64,000 nucleotides of DNA from the NCBI GenBank assembly GCA_964016885.1, contig OZ024740.1, forward strand, positions 263,004,001 to 263,068,000, read 5' to 3'. Below the pieces are notes generated by a model. It had not been told where the DNA came from. It did not search any database and saw only the letters and a program-made list of their open reading frames with translations. The stretch's first letter is position 1. Every line of letters starts with the position of its first letter. This stretch comes from Eledone cirrhosa (lineage: Eukaryota). Below are positions 16,270-34,200 of this stretch, piece by piece. A program made the translations under genes and the position numbers.

Positions 16270-19200
16270 GTAACAACAACAGTAACAACAACAGTAACAA
16301 CACCAGTAACAACAACTGTAACAACACCAGTAACAACAACTGTAACAACATCAGTAACAACACCAGTAACAACAACAGTAACAACAATAGTAACAATATC
16401 AGTAACAACACCAGTAACCACAACAGTAACAACATCAGTAACAACAACAGTAACAACATCAGTAACAACACCAGTAACCACAACAGTAACAACACCAGTA
16501 ACAACAACAGTAACAACAACAGTAACAACAACAGTAACAACACCAGTAACAACACCAGTAACAACACCAGTAACAACAACAGTAACAACATCAGTAACAA
16601 CACCAGTAACCACACCAGTAACAACATCAGTAACAACACCAGTAACAACACCAGTAACAACACCAGTAACAACAACAGTAACAACAACAGTAACAACACC
16701 AGTAACAACAACAGTAACAACATCCGTAACAACACCAGTAACAACACCACTAACAACACCAGTAACAACAACAACAGTAACAACAACAGTAACAACAACA
16801 GTAACAACACCACTAACAACATCAGTAACAACACCAGTAACAACATCAGTAACAACACCAGTAACAACATCAGTAACAACAACAGTAACAACATCAGTAA
16901 CAACACCAGTAACAACAACAGCAACAACAACAGTAACAACACCAGTAACAACACCAGTAACAACATCAGTAACAACACCAGTAACAACAACAGTAACAAC
17001 AACAGTAACAACATCAGTAACAACACCAGTAACAACACCAGTAACAACACCAGTAACAACAACAGTAACAACATCTGTAACAACAACAGTAACAACATCA
17101 GTAACAACACCAGTAACAACACCAGTAACAACATGAGTAACAACAACAGTAACAACAACAGTAACAACAGTAACAACACATGTAACAACACCAGTAACAA
17201 CATCAGTAACAACACCAGGAACAACACCAGTAACAACATCAGTAACAACAACAGTAACAACAACAACGGTAACAACAACAGTAACAACAACAGTAACAAC
17301 ACCAATAACAACAACAGTAACAACATCAGTAACAACAACAGTAACAACAACAGTAACAACACCAGTAACAACACCAGGAACAACATCAGTAACAACACCA
17401 GTAACAACAACAGTAACAACACCAGTAACAACACCAGTAACAACATCAGTAACAACAACAGTAACAACAACATTAACAACACCAGTAACAACATCAGTAA
17501 CAACAACAGTAACAACAACAGTAACAACATCAGTAACAACACCAGTAACAACATCAGTAACAACAACAGTAACAACAACAGTAACAACAACAGTAACAAC
17601 ATCAGTAACAACATCAGTAATAACAACAGTAACAACAAAAGTAACAACAACAGTAACAACAACAGTAACAACATCAGTAACAACACCAGTAACAACATCA
17701 GTAACAACAACAGTAACAACACCAGTAACAACATACGTAACAACACCAGTAACAACACCAGTAACAACAATAGTAACAACAGTAACAACATCAGTAACAA
17801 CACCAGTAACAACAACAGTAACAACACCAGTAACAACATCAGTAACAACATCAGTAACAACAACAGTAACAACACCAGTAACAACACCAGTAACAACATC
17901 AGTAACAACACCAGTAACAATATCAGTAACAACAACATCAGTAACAACAACAGTAACAACAACAGTAACAACACCAGTAACAACATCAGTAACAACAACA
18001 GTAACAACATCAGTAACAACACCAGTAACAACATCAGTAACAACAACAGTAACAACAACAGTAACAACAACAGTAATAACATCAGTAACAACATCAGTAA
18101 CAACAACAGTAACAACAACAGTAACAACAACAGTAACAACAATAGTAACAACAGCAGTAACAACAATAGTAACAACAGTAACAACACATGTAACAACACC
18201 AGTAACAACATCAGTAACAACACCAGGAACAACATCAGTAACAACACCATTAACAACATCAGTAACAACAACAGTAACAACAACAACAACAGTAACAACA
18301 ACAGTAACAACAACAGTAACAACATCAGTAACAACAACAGTAACAACAACAGTAACAACACCAGTAACAACACCAGGAACAACATCAGTAACAACAACAG
18401 TAACAACACCAGTAACAACAACAGTAACAACAACAGTAACAACATCAGTAACAACACCAGTAACAACATCAGTAACAACAACAGTAACAACAACAGTAAC
18501 AACAACAGTAACAACAACAGTAACAACACCAGTAACAGCATACGTAACAACACCAGTAACAACATCGGTAACAACAATAGTAACAAAAACAGTAACAACA
18601 TCAGTAACAACACCAGTAACAACAACAGTAACAACAATAGTAACAACACCAGTAACGACATCAGTAACAAAAACAGTAACAACAACAGTAACAACAACAG
18701 TAACAACAACAGTAACAACACCAGTAACAACATACGTAACAACACCAGTAACAACATCAGTAACAACAATAGTAACAACAACAGTAACAACATCAGTAAC
18801 AACACCAGTAACAACAACAGTAACAACAATAGTAACAACACCAGTAACAACACCAGTAACAACACCAGTAACAACATCAGTAACAACAACAGTAACAACA
18901 ACAGTAACAACACCAGTAACAACGTCAGTAACAACAACAGTAACAACAACAGTAACACCATCAGTAACAACACCAGTAACAACATCAGTAACAACAACAG
19001 TAACAACAACAGTAACAACAACAGTAACAACATCAGTAACAACATCAGTAATAACAACAGTAACAACAAAAGTAACAACAACAGTAACAACAACAGTAAC
19101 AACAACAGTAACAACATCAGTAACAACACCAGTAACAATATCAGTAACAACAACAACAGTAACAACAACAGTAACAACACCAGTAACAACAACAGTAACA

Positions 19201-22200
19201 ACAACAGTAACAACAACAGTAACAACACCAGTAACAACATCAGTAACAACAACAGTAACAACAACAGTAACAACATCAGTAACAACACCAGTAACAACAT
19301 CAGTAACAACAACAGTAACAACAACATTAACAACAACAGTAACAACATCAGTAACAACATCAGTAACAACAACAGTAACAACAACAGTAACAACAACAGT
19401 AACAACACCAGTAACAACATCAGTAACAACAACAGTAACAACAACAGTAACAACACCAGTAACAACATCAGTAACAACAACAGTAACAACAACAGTAACA
19501 ACATCAGTAACAACACCAGTAACAACAACATCTCCAGTAACAACAACAGTAACAACACCAGTAACAACATCAGTAACAACAACAGTAACAACACCAGTAA
19601 CAACAACAGTAACAACACCAGTAACAACAACAGTAACAGCACCAGTAACAACATCAGTAACAACATCAGTAACAACATCAGTAACAACAACAGTAACAAC
19701 AACAGTAACAACAACAGTAACAACATCAGTAACAACACCAGTAACATCATCAGTAACAACAACAGTAACAACATCAGTAACAACAACAGTAACAACAACA
19801 GTAACAACAACAGTAACAACATCAGTAACAACATCAGTAAAAACATCAGTAACAACACCAGTAACAACACCAGTAACAACATCAGTAACAACACCAGTAA
19901 CAATATCAGTAACAACAACAACAGTAACAACAACAGTATCAACACCAGTAACAACAACAGTAACAACATCAGTAACAACACCAGTAACAACACCAGTAAC
20001 AACAACAGTAACAACAACAGTAACAACAACAGTAACAACAGTAACAACACATGTAACAACACCAGTAACAATATCAGTAACAACACCAGGAACAACATCA
20101 GTAACAACACCATTAACAACATCAGTAACAACAACAGTAACAACAACAACAACAGTAACAGCAACAGTAACAACAACAGTAACAACACCAGTAACAACAA
20201 CAGTAACAACATCAGTAACAACAACAGTAACAACAACAGTAACAACACCAGTAACAACACCAGGAACAACACCAGTAACAACAACAGTAACAACACCAGT
20301 AACAACAACAGTAACAACAACAGTAACAACATCAGTAACAACACCAGTAACATCATCAGTAACAACAACAGTAACAACATCAGTAACAACAACAGTAACA
20401 ACAACAGTAACAACAACAGTAACAACATCAGTAACAACATCAGTAAAAACATCAGTAACAACACCAGTAACAACACCAGTAACAACATCAGTAACAACAC
20501 CAGTAACAATATCAGTAACAACAACAACAGTAACAACAACAGTAACAACACCAGTAACAACAACAGTAACAACATCAGTAACAACACCAGTAACAACACC
20601 AGTAACAACAACAGTAACAACAACAGTAACAACAACAGTAACAACAGTAACAACACATGTAACAACACCAGTAACAACATCAGTAACAACACCAGGAACA
20701 ACATCAGTAACAACACCATTAACAACATCAGTAACAACAACAGTAACAACAACAACAGTAACAACAACAGTAACAACTACAGTAACAACACCAGTAACAA
20801 CAACAGTAACAACATCAGTAACAACAACAGTAACAACAACAGTAACAACACCAGTAACAACACCAGGAACAACATCAGTAACAACAACAGTAACAACACC
20901 AGTAACAACAACAGTAACAACACCAGTAACAACAACCGTAACGACAACAGTAACAACAACAGTAACAACATCAGTAACAACACCAGTAACAACATCAGTA
21001 ACAACAACAGTAACAACAACAGTAATAACAACAGTAACAACAAAAGTAACAACACCAGTAACAGCATACGTAACAACACCAGTAACAACATCAGTAACAA
21101 CAATAGTAACAACAGCAGTAACAACATCAGTAACAACACCAGTAACAACAACAGTAACAACAATAGTAACAACACCAGTAACAACATCAGTAACAAAAAC
21201 AGTAACAACAACAGTAACAACAACAGTAACAACAACAGTAACAACACCAGTAACAACATACGTAACAACACCAGTAACAACATCAGTAACAACATCAGTA
21301 ACAACACCAGTAACAACAACAGTAACAACAATAGTAACAACACCAGTAACAACAACAGTAACAACAACAGTAACAACATCAGTAACAACAACAGTAACAA
21401 CAACAGTAACAACAACAGTAACAACACCAGTAACAACATACGTAACAACACCAGTAACAACAACAGTAACAACAGTAACAACACCAGTAACAACATCAGT
21501 AACAACACCAGTAACAACAACAGTAACAACACCAGTAACAACACCAGTAACAACATCAGTAACAACAACAGTAACAACAACAGTAACAACACCAGTAACA
21601 ACATCAGTAACAACAACAGTAACAACAACAGTAACAGCATCAGTAACAACACCAGTAACAACATCAGTAACAACAACAGTAACAACAACAGTAACAACAA
21701 CAGTAACAACATCAGTAACAACATCAGTAATAACAACAGTAACAACAAAAGTAACAACAACAGTAACAACAACAGTAACAACATCAGTAACAACACCAGT
21801 AACAACATCAGTAACAACAACAGTAACAACACCAGTAACAACATCAGGAACAACATCAGTAACAACAACAGTAACAACACCAGTAACAACAACAGTAGCA
21901 ACACCAGTAACAACAACAGTAACAACAACAGTAACAACACCAGTAACAACAACAGTAACAACATCAGTAACAACACCAGTAAAAACAATAGTAACAACAA
22001 CAGTAACAACATCAGTAACAACATACGTAACAACACCAGTAACAACAACAGTAACAACAGTAACAACACCAGTAACAACATCAGTAACAACACCAGTAAC
22101 AACAACAGTAACAACACCAGTAACAACACCAGTAACAACATCAGTAACAACAACAGTAACAACAACAGTAACAACACCAGTAACAACATCAGTAACAACA

Positions 22201-22512
22201 ACAGTAACAACAACAGTAACAACATCAGTAACAACACCAGTAACAACATCAGTAACAACAACAGGAACAACATCAGTAACAACACCAGTAACAACATCAG
22301 TAACAACAACAATAACAACAACAACAGTAACAACAACAGTAACAACAACAGTAACAACACCAGTAACAACAACAGTAACAACATCAGTAACAACAACAGT
22401 AACAACAACAGTAACAACACCAGTAACAACACCAGGAACAACATCAGTAACAACAACAGTAACAACACCAGTAACAACAACAACAGTAACAACAACAGTA
22501 ACAACAACAACA

Positions 22513-22732
22513 GTAACAACACAGTAACAACAACAGTAACAACAACAGTAACAACACCAGTAACAACAACAGTAACAACAACAGTAACAACATCAGTAAC
22601 AACAACAGTAACAACATCAGTAACAACATCAGTAACAACATCAGTAACAATACCAGTAACAACAACAGTAACAACAACAGTAACAACAACAACAGTAACA
22701 ACAACAGTAACAACAACAACAGTAACAACACA
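22513..22732 (+). repeat. Paired 11-mer cassette, copy 3
   Basis: 11-mers at 22513 and 22722; the + ORF ends at 22736. Confidence 0.85.
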
Positions 22733-25700
22733 GTAACAACAACAGTAACAACAACAGTAACAACACCAGTAACAACAACTGTAACAACACCAGTAACAAC
22801 AACTGTAACAACATCAGTAACAACACCAGTAACAACAACAGTAACAACAATAGTAACAATATCAGTAACAACACCAGTAACCACAACAGTAACAACATCA
22901 GTAACAACAACAGTAACAACATCAGTAACAACACCAGTAACCACAACAGTAACAACACCAGTAACAACAACAGTAACAACAACAGTAACAACAACAGTAA
23001 CAACACCAGTAACAACACCAGTAACAACACCAGTAACAACAACAGTAACAACATCAGTAACAACACCAGTAACCACACCAGTAACAACATCAGTAACAAC
23101 ACCAGTAACAACACCAGTAACAACACCAGTAACAACAACAGTAACAACAACAGTAACAACACCAGTAACAACAACAGTAACAACATCCGTAACAATACCA
23201 GTAACAACACCACTAACAACACCAGTAACAACAACAACAGTAACAACAACAGTAACAACAACAGTAACAACACCACTAACAACATCAGTAACAACACCAG
23301 TAACAACATCAGTAACAACACCAGTAACAACATCAGTAACAACAACAGTAACAACATCAGTAACAACACCAGTAACAACAACAGCAACAACAACAGTAAC
23401 AACACCAGTAACAACACCAGTAACAACATCAGTAACAACACCAGTAACAACAACAGTAACAACAACAGTAACAACATCAGTAACAACACCAGTAACAACA
23501 CCAGTAACAACACCAGTAACAACAACAGTAACAACATCTGTAACAACAACAGTAACAACATCAGTAACAACACCAGTAACAACACCAGTAACAACATGAG
23601 TAACAACAACAGTAACAACAACAGTAACAACAGTAACAACACATGTAACAACACCAGTAACAACATCAGTAACAACACCAGGAACAACACCAGTAACAAC
23701 ATCAGTAACAACAACAGTAACAACAACAACGGTAACAACAACAGTAACAACAACAGTAACAACACCAATAACAACAACAGTAACAACATCAGTAACAACA
23801 ACAGTAACAACAACAGTAACAACACCAGTAACAACACCAGGAACAACATCAGTAACAACACCAGTAACAACAACAGTAACAACACCAGTAACAACACCAG
23901 TAACAACATCAGTAACAACAACAGTAACAACAACATTAACAACACCAGTAACAACATCAGTAACAACAACAGTAACAACAACAGTAACAGCATCAGTAAC
24001 AACACCAGTAACAACATCAGTAACAACAACAGTAACAACAACAGTAACAACAACAGTAACAACATCAGTAACAACATCAGTAATAACAACAGTAACAACA
24101 AAAGTAACAACAACAGTAACAACAACAGTAACAACATCAGTAACAACACCAGTAACAACATCAGTAACAACAACAGTAACAACACCAGTAACAACATACG
24201 TAACAACACCAGTAACAACACCAGTAACAACAATAGTAACAACAGTAACAACATCAGTAACAACACCAGTAACAACAACAGTAACAACACCAGTAACAAC
24301 ATCAGTAACAACATCAGTAACAACAACAGTAACAACATCAGTAACAACACCAGTAACAACAACAGTAACAACACCAGTAACAACACCAGTAACAACATCA
24401 GTAACAACAACAGTAACAACAACAGTAACAACACCAGTAACAACATCAGTAACAACAACAGTAACAACATCAGTAACAACACCAGTAACAACATCAGTAA
24501 CAACAACAGTAACAACAACAGTAACAACAACAGTAATAACATCAGTAACAACATCAGTAACAACAACAGTAACAACAACAGTAACAACAACAGTAACAAC
24601 AATAGTAACAACAGCAGTAACAACAATAGTAACAACAGTAACAACACATGTAACAACACCAGTAACAACATCAGTAACAACACCAGGAACAACATCAGTA
24701 ACAACACCATTAACAACATCAGTAACAACAACAGTAACAACAACAACAACAGTAACAACAACAGTAACAACAACAGTAACAACATCAGTAACAACAACAG
24801 TAACAACAACAGTAACAACACCAGTAACAACACCAGGAACAACATCAGTAACAACAACAGTAACAACACCAGTAACAACAACAGTAACAACAACAGTAAC
24901 AACATCAGTAACAACACCAGTAACAACATCAGTAACAACAACAGTAACAACAACAGTAACAACAACAGTAACAACAACAGTAACAACACCAATAACAGCA
25001 TACGTAACAACACCAGTAACAACATCGGTAACAACAATAGTAACAAAAACAGTAACAACATCAGTAACAACACCAGTAACAACAACAGTAACAACAATAG
25101 TAACAACACCAGTAACAACATCAGTAACAAAAACAGTAACAACAACAGTAACAACAACAGTAACAACAACAGTAACAACACCAGTAACAACATACGTAAC
25201 AACACCAGTAACAACATCAGTAACAACAATAGTAACAACAACAGTAACAACATCAGTAACAACACCAGTAACAACAACAGTAACAACAATAGTAACAACA
25301 CCAGTAACAACACCAGTAACAACACCAGTAACAACATCAGTAACAACAACAGTAACAACAACAGTAACAACACCAGTAACAACGTCAGTAACAACAACAG
25401 TAACAACAACAGTAACACCATCAGTAACAACACCAGTAACAACATCAGTAACAACAACAGTAACAACAACAGTAACAACAACAGTAACAACATCAGTAAC
25501 AACATCAGTAATAACAACAGTAACAACAAAAGTAACAACAACAGTAACAACAACAGTAACAACAACAGTAACAACATCAGTAACAACACCAGTAACAATA
25601 TCAGTAACAACAACAACAGTAACAACAACAGTAACAACACCAGTAACAACAACAGTAACAACAACAGTAACAACAACAGTAACAACACCAGTAACAACAT

Positions 25701-28228
25701 CAGTAACAACAACAGTAACAACAACAGTAACAACATCAGTAACAACACCAGTAACAACATCAGTAACAACAACAGTAACAACAACATTAACAACAACAGT
25801 AACAACATCAGTAACAACATCAGTAACAACAACAGTAACAACAACAGTAACAACAACAGTAACAACACCAGTAACAACATCAGTAACAACAACAGTAACA
25901 ACAACAGTAACAACACCAGTAACAACATCAGTAACAACAACAGTAACAACAACAGTAACAACATCAGTAACAACACCAGTAACAACAACATCTCCAGTAA
26001 CAACAACAGTAACAACACCAGTAACAACATCAGTAACAACAACAGTAACAACACCAGTAACAACAACAGTAACAACACCAGTAACAACAACAGTAACAGC
26101 ACCAGTAACAACATCAGTAACAACATCAGTAACAACATCAGTAACAACAACAGTAACAACAACAGTAACAACAACAGTAACAACATCAGTAACAACACCA
26201 GTAACATCATCAGTAACAACAACAGTAACAACATCAGTAACAACAACAGTAACAACAACAGTAACAACAACAGTAACAACATCAGTAACAACATCAGTAA
26301 AAACATCAGTAACAACACCAGTAACAACACCAGTAACAACATCAGTAACAACACCAGTAACAATATCAGTAACAACAACAACAGTAACAACAACAGTATC
26401 AACACCAGTAACAACAACAGTAACAACATCAGTAACAACACCAGTAACAACACCAGTAACAACAACAGTAACAACAACAGTAACAACAACAGTAACAACA
26501 GTAACAACACATGTAACAACACCAGTAACAATATCAGTAACAACACCAGGAACAACATCAGTAACAACACCATTAACAACATCAGTAACAACAACAGTAA
26601 CAACAACAACAACAGTAACAGCAACAGTAACAACAACAGTAACAACACCAGTAACAACAACAGTAACAACATCAGTAACAACAACAGTAACAACAACAGT
26701 AACAACACCAGTAACAACACCAGGAACAACACCAGTAACAACAACAGTAACAACACCAGTAACAACAACATTAACAACACCAGTAACAACAACAGTAACA
26801 ACAACAGTAACAACAACAGTAACAACATCAGTAACAACACCAGTAACAACATCAGTAACAACAACAGTAACAACAACAGTAACAACAACAGTAACAACAA
26901 AAGTAACAACACCAGTAACAGCATACGTAACAACACCAGTAACAACATCAGTAACAACAATAGTAACAACAACAGTAACAACATCAGTAACAACACCAGT
27001 AACAACAACAGTAACAACAATAGTAACAACACCAGTAACAACATCAGTAACAAAAACAGTAACAACAACAGTAACAACAACAGTAACAACAACAGTAACA
27101 ACACCAGTAACAACACCAGTAACAACATACGTAACAACACCAGTAACAACATCAGTAACAACAATAGTAACAACAACAGTAACAACATCAGTAACAACAC
27201 CAGTAACAACAACAGTAACAACAATAGTAACAACACCAGTAACAACAACAGTAACAACAACAGTAACAACATCAGTAACAACAACAGTAACAACAACAGT
27301 AACAACAACAGTAACAACACCAGTAACAACATACGTAACAACACCAGTAACAACACCAGTAAAAACAATAGTAACAACAACATTAACCACATCAGTAACA
27401 ACATACGTAACAACACCAGTAACAACAACAGTAACAACAGTAACAACACCAGTAACAACATCAGTAATAACACCAGTAACAACAACAGTAACAACACCAG
27501 TAACAACACCAGTAACAACATCAGTAACAACAACAGTAACAACAACAGTAACAACACCAGTAACAACATCAGTAACAACAACAGTAACAACAACAGTAAC
27601 AACATCAGTAACAACACCAGTAACAACATCAGTAACAACAACAGTAACAACAACAGTAACAACAACAGTAACAACATCAGTAACAACATCAGTAATAACA
27701 ACAGTAACAACAAAAGTAACAACAACAGTAACAACAACAGTAACAACATCAGTAACAACACCAGTAACAACATCAGTAACAACAACAGTAACAACACCAG
27801 TAACAACATCAGGAACAACATCGGTAACAACAACAGTAACAACACCAGTAACAACAACAGTAACAACACCAGTAACAACAACAGTAACAACAACAGTAAC
27901 AACACCAGTAACAACAACAGTAACAACATCAGTAACAACACCAGTAAAAACAATAGTAACAACAACAGTAACAACATCAGTAACAACATACGTAACAACA
28001 CCAGTAACAACAACAGTAACAACAGTAACAACACCAGTAACAACATCAGTAACAACACCAGTAACAACAACAGTAACAACACCAGTAACAACACCAGTAA
28101 CAACATCAGTAACAACAACAGTAACAACAACAGTAACAACACCAGTAACAACATCAGTAACAACAACATTAACAACAACAGTAACAACATCAGTAACAAC
28201 ACCAGTAACAACAACAGTAACAACACCA

Positions 28229-31200
28229 GTAACAACAACAGTAACAACAACAGTAACAACACCAGTAACAACAACAGTAACAACAACAGTAACAACACCA
28301 GTAACAACACCAGTAACAACAACATCTCCAGTAACAACAACAGTAACAACACCAGTAACAACATCAGTAACAACAACAGTAACAACAACAGTAACAACAC
28401 CAGTAACAACAACAGTAACAACACCAGTAACAACAACAGTAACAGCACCAGTAACAATATCAGTAACAACATCAGTAACAACATCAGTAACAACAACAGT
28501 AACAACAACAGTAACAACAACAGTAACAACATCAGTAACAACACCAGTAACATCATCAGTAACAACAACAGTAACAACAACAGTAACAACAACAGTAACA
28601 ACAACAGTAACAACATCAGTAACAACATCAGTAAAAACATCAGTAACAACACCAGTAACAACACCAGTAACAACATCAGTAACAACACCAGTAACAATAT
28701 CAGTAACAACAACAACAGTAACAACAACAGTAACAACACCAGTAACAACAACAGTAACAACATCAGTAACAACACCAGTAACAAAACCAGTAACAACAAC
28801 AGTAACAACAACAGTAACAACAACAGTAACAACACATGTAACAACACCAGTAACAACATCAGTAACAACACCAGGAACAACATCAGTAACAACACCATTA
28901 ACAACATCAGTAACAACAACAGTAACAACAACAACAACAGTAACAACAACAGTAACAACAACAGTAACAACACCAGTAACAACAACAGTAACAACATCAG
29001 TAACAACAACAGTAACAACAACAGTAACAACACCAGTAACAACACCAGGAACAACATCAGTAACAACAACAGTAACAACACCAGTAACAACAACAGTAAC
29101 AACACCAGTAATAACAACAGTAACAACAACAGTAACAACAACAGTAACAACATCAGTAACAACACCAGTAACAACATCAGTAACAACAACAGTAACAACA
29201 ACAGTAACAACAACAGTAACAACAAAAGTAACAACACCAGTAACAGCATACGTAACAACACCAGTAACAACGTCAGTAACAACAATAGTAACAACAACAG
29301 TAACAACATCAGTAACAACACCAGTAACAACAACAGTAACAACAATAGTAACAACACCAGTAACAACATCAGTAACAAAAACAGTAAAAACAACAGTAAC
29401 AACAACAGTAACAACAACAGTAACAACACCAGTAACAACATACGTAACAACACCAGTAACAACATCAGTAACAACAATAGTAACAACAACAGTAACAACA
29501 TCAGTAACAACACCAGTAACAACAACAGTAACAACAATAGTAACAACACCAGTAACAACAACAGTAACAACAACAGTAACAACAACAGTAACAACAACAG
29601 TAACAACAACAGTAACAACACCAGTAACAACATCAGTAACAACACCAGTAACAACATCAGTAACAACACCAGTAACAACATCAGTAACAACAACAGTAAC
29701 AACATCAGTAACAACACCAGTAACAACAATAGCAACAACAACAGTAACAACACCAGTAACAACACCAGTAACAACATCAGTAACAACACCAGTAACAACA
29801 ACAGTAACAACAACAGTAACAACATCAGTAACAACACCAGTAACAACACCAGTAACAACACCAGTAACAACAACAGTAACAACATCAGTAACAACAACAG
29901 TAACAACATCAGTAACAACACCAGTAACAACACCAGTAACAACATGAGTAACAACAACAGTAACAACAACAGTAACAACAGTAACAACACATGTAACAAC
30001 ACCAGTAACAACATCAGTAACAACACCAGGAACAACATCAGTAACAACACCAGTAACAACATCAGTAACAACAACAGTAACAACAACAACAGTAACAACA
30101 ACAGTAACAACAACAGTAACAACACCAGTAACAACAACAGTAACAACAACAGTAACAACAACAGTAACAACACCAGTAACAACACCAGGAACAACATCAG
30201 TAACAACAACAGTAACAACACCAGTAACAACAACAGTAACAACACCAGTAACAACAACAGTAACAGCAACAGTAACAACAACAGTAACAACATCAGTAAC
30301 AACACCAGTAACAACATCAGTAACAACAATAGTAACAACAACAGTAACAACATCAGTAACAACACCAGTAACAACACTAGTAACAACAACAGTAACAACA
30401 ATAGTAACAACACCAGTAACAACATCAGTAACAACAACAGTAACAACAACAGTAACAACAACAGTAACAACAACAGTAACAACACCAGTAACAACATACG
30501 TAACAACATCAGTAACAACATCAGTAACAACAACAGTAACAACACCAGTAACAACATCAGTAACAACATCAGTAACAACAACAGTAACAACATCAGTAAC
30601 AACACCAGTAACAACAACAGTAACAACACCAGTAACAACACCAGTAACAACATCAGTAACAACAACAGTAACAACAACAGTAACAACACCAGTAACAACA
30701 TCAGTAACAACAACAGTAACAACAACAGTAACAACATCAGTAACAACACCAGTAACAACATCAGTAACAACAACAGTAACAACAACAGTAACAACATCAG
30801 TAACAACATCAGTAACAACAACAGTAACAACAACAGTAACAACAACAGTAACAACAACAGTAACAACAACAGTAACAACACCAGTAACAACATCTGTAAC
30901 AACAACAGTAACAACACCAGTAACAACATCAGTAACAACAACAGTAACAACAACAGTAACAACACCAGTAACAACATCAGTAACAACAACAGTAACAACA
31001 ACAGTAACAACATCAGTAACAACACCAGTAACAACAACATCTCCAGTAACAACAACAGTAACAACACCAGTAACAACATCAGTAACAACAACAGTAACAA
31101 CACCAGTAACAACAACAGTAACAACACGAGTAACAACAACAGTAACAGCACCAGTAACAACATCAGTAACAACATCAGTAACAACAACAGTAACAACAAC

Positions 31201-34200
31201 AGTAACAACAACAGTAACAACAACAGTAACAACATCAGTAACAACACCAGTAACATCATCAGTAACAACAACAGTAACAACATCAGTAACAACAACAGTA
31301 ACAACAAAAGTAACAACAACAGTAACAACATCAGTAACAACACCAGTAACAACACCACTAACAACACCAGTAACAACAACAGTAACAACAACAGTAACAA
31401 CAACAGTAACAACACCAGTAACAACATCAGTAACAACACCAGTAACAACATCAGTAACAACACCAGTAACAACATCAGTAACAACAACAGTAACAACATC
31501 AGTAACAACACCAGTAACAACAATAGCAACAACAACAGTAACAACACCAGTAACAACACCAGTAACAACATCAGTAACAACACCAGTAACAACAACAGTA
31601 ACAACAACAGTAACAACATCAGTAACAACACCAGTAACAACACCAGTAACAACACCAGTAACAACAACAGTAACAACATCAGTAACAACAACAGTAACAA
31701 CATCAGTAACAACACCAGTAACAACACCAGTAACAACATGAGTAACAACAACAGTAACAACAACAGTAACAACAGTAACAACACATGTAACAACACCAGT
31801 AACAACATCAGTAACAACACCAGGAACAACATCAGTAACAACACCAGTAACAACATCAGTAACAACAACAGTAACAACAACAACAGTAACAACAACAGTA
31901 ACAACAACAGTAACAACACCAGTAACAACAACAGTAACAACAACAGTAACAACAACAGTAACAACACCAGTAACAACACCAGGAACAACATCAGTAACAA
32001 CAACAGTAACAACACCAGTAACAACAACAGTAACAACACCAGTAACAACAACAGTAACAGCAACAGTAACAACAACAGTAACAACATCAGTAACAACACC
32101 AGTAACAACATCAGTAACAACAATAGTAACAACAACAGTAACAACATCAGTAACAACACCAGTAACAACACTAGTAACAACAACAGTAACAACAATAGTA
32201 ACAACACCAGTAACAACATCAGTAACAACAACAGTAACAACAACAGTAACAACAACAGTAACAACAACAGTAACAACACCAGTAACAACATACGTAACAA
32301 CATCAGTAACAACATCAGTAACAACAACAGTAACAACACCAGTAACAACATCAGTAACAACATCAGTAACAACAACAGTAACAACATCAGTAACAACACC
32401 AGTAACAACAACAGTAACAACACCAGTAACAACACCAGTAACAACATCAGTAACAACAACAGTAACAACAACAGTAACAACACCAGTAACAACATCAGTA
32501 ACAACAACAGTAACAACAACAGTAACAACATCAGTAACAACACCAGTAACAACATCAGTAACAACAACAGTAACAACAACAGTAACAACATCAGTAACAA
32601 CATCAGTAACAACAACAGTAACAACAACAGTAACAACAACAGTAACAACAACAGTAACAACAACAGTAACAACACCAGTAACAACATCTGTAACAACAAC
32701 AGTAACAACACCAGTAACAACATCAGTAACAACAACAGTAACAACAACAGTAACAACACCAGTAACAACATCAGTAACAACAACAGTAACAACAACAGTA
32801 GCAACATCAGTAACAACACCAGTAACAACAACATCTCCAGTAACAACAACAGTAACAACACCAGTAACAACATCAGTAACAACAACAGTAACAACACCAG
32901 TAACAACAACAGTAACAACACGAGTAACAACAACAGTAACAGCACCAGTAACAACATCAGTAACAACATCAGTAACAACAACAGTAACAACAACAGTAAC
33001 AACAACAGTAACAACAACAGTAACAACATCAGTAACAACACCAGTAACATCATCAGTAACAACAACAGTAACAACATCAGTAACAACAACAGTAACAACA
33101 ACAGTAACAACAACAGTAACAACATCAGTAACAACATCAGTAAAAACATCAGTAACAACACCAGTAACAACACCAGTAACAACATCAGTAACAACACCAG
33201 TAACAATATCAGTAACAACAACAACAGTAACAACAACAGTAACAACACCAGTAACAACAACAGTAACAACATCAGTAACAACACCAGTAACAACACCAGT
33301 AACAACAACAGTAACAACAACAGTAACAACAACAGTAACAACAGTAACAACACATGTAACAACACCAGTAACAACATCAGTAACAACACCAGGAACAACA
33401 TCAGTAACAACACCATTAACAACATCAGTAACAACAACAGTAACAACAACAACAGTAACAACAACAGTAACAACTACAGTAACAACACCAGTAACAACAA
33501 CAGTAACAACATCAGTAACAACAACAGTAACAACAACAGTAACAACACCAGTAACAACACCAGGAACAACATCAGTAACAACAACAGTAACAACACCAGT
33601 AACAACAACAGTAACAACACCAGTAACAACAACCGTAACGACAACAGTAACAACAACAGTAACAACATCAGTAACAACACCAGTAACAACATCAGTAACA
33701 ACAACAGTAACAACAACAGTAACAACAACAGTAACAACAAAAGTAACAACACCAGTAACAGCATACGTAACAACACCAGTAACAACATCAGTAACAACAA
33801 TAGTAACAACAGCAGTAACAACATCAGTAACAACACCAGTAACAACAACAGTAACAACAATAGTAACAACACCAGTAACAACATCAGTAACAAAAACAGT
33901 AACAACAACAGTAACAACAACAGTAACAACAACAGTAACAACACCAGTAACAACATACGTAACAACACCAGTAACAACATCAGTAACAACAATAGTAACA
34001 ACAACAGTAACAACATCAGTAACAACACCAGTAACAACAACAGTAACAACAATAGTAACAACACCAGTAACAACAACAGTAACAACAACAGTAACAGCAT
34101 CAGTAACAACAACAGTAACAACAACAGTAACAACAACAGTAACAACACCAGTAACAACATACGTAACAACACCAGTAACAACAACAGTAACAACAGTAAC

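Larger units (their letters stand above)
13820..26770 (+). repeat. ~6.46-kb internal tandem duplication (also at ~48.3-61.2 kb)
   Basis: TCATCA unit 13860/20347 (6,487), 11-mer cassette 16050/22513 (6,463), TGA 17134/23597 (6,463), TCTCCA 19531/25991 (6,460). Confidence 0.85.
6507..28228 (+). repeat. Higher-order super-unit copy 1 (~21.7 kb)
   Basis: Landmarks recur at fixed offsets: TCTCCA at 6603/28325/41103, TGA unit at 8223/29945/42723, ORF boundaries at 11752/33474/46252 (offsets 21,722 and 34,500). Confidence 0.88.
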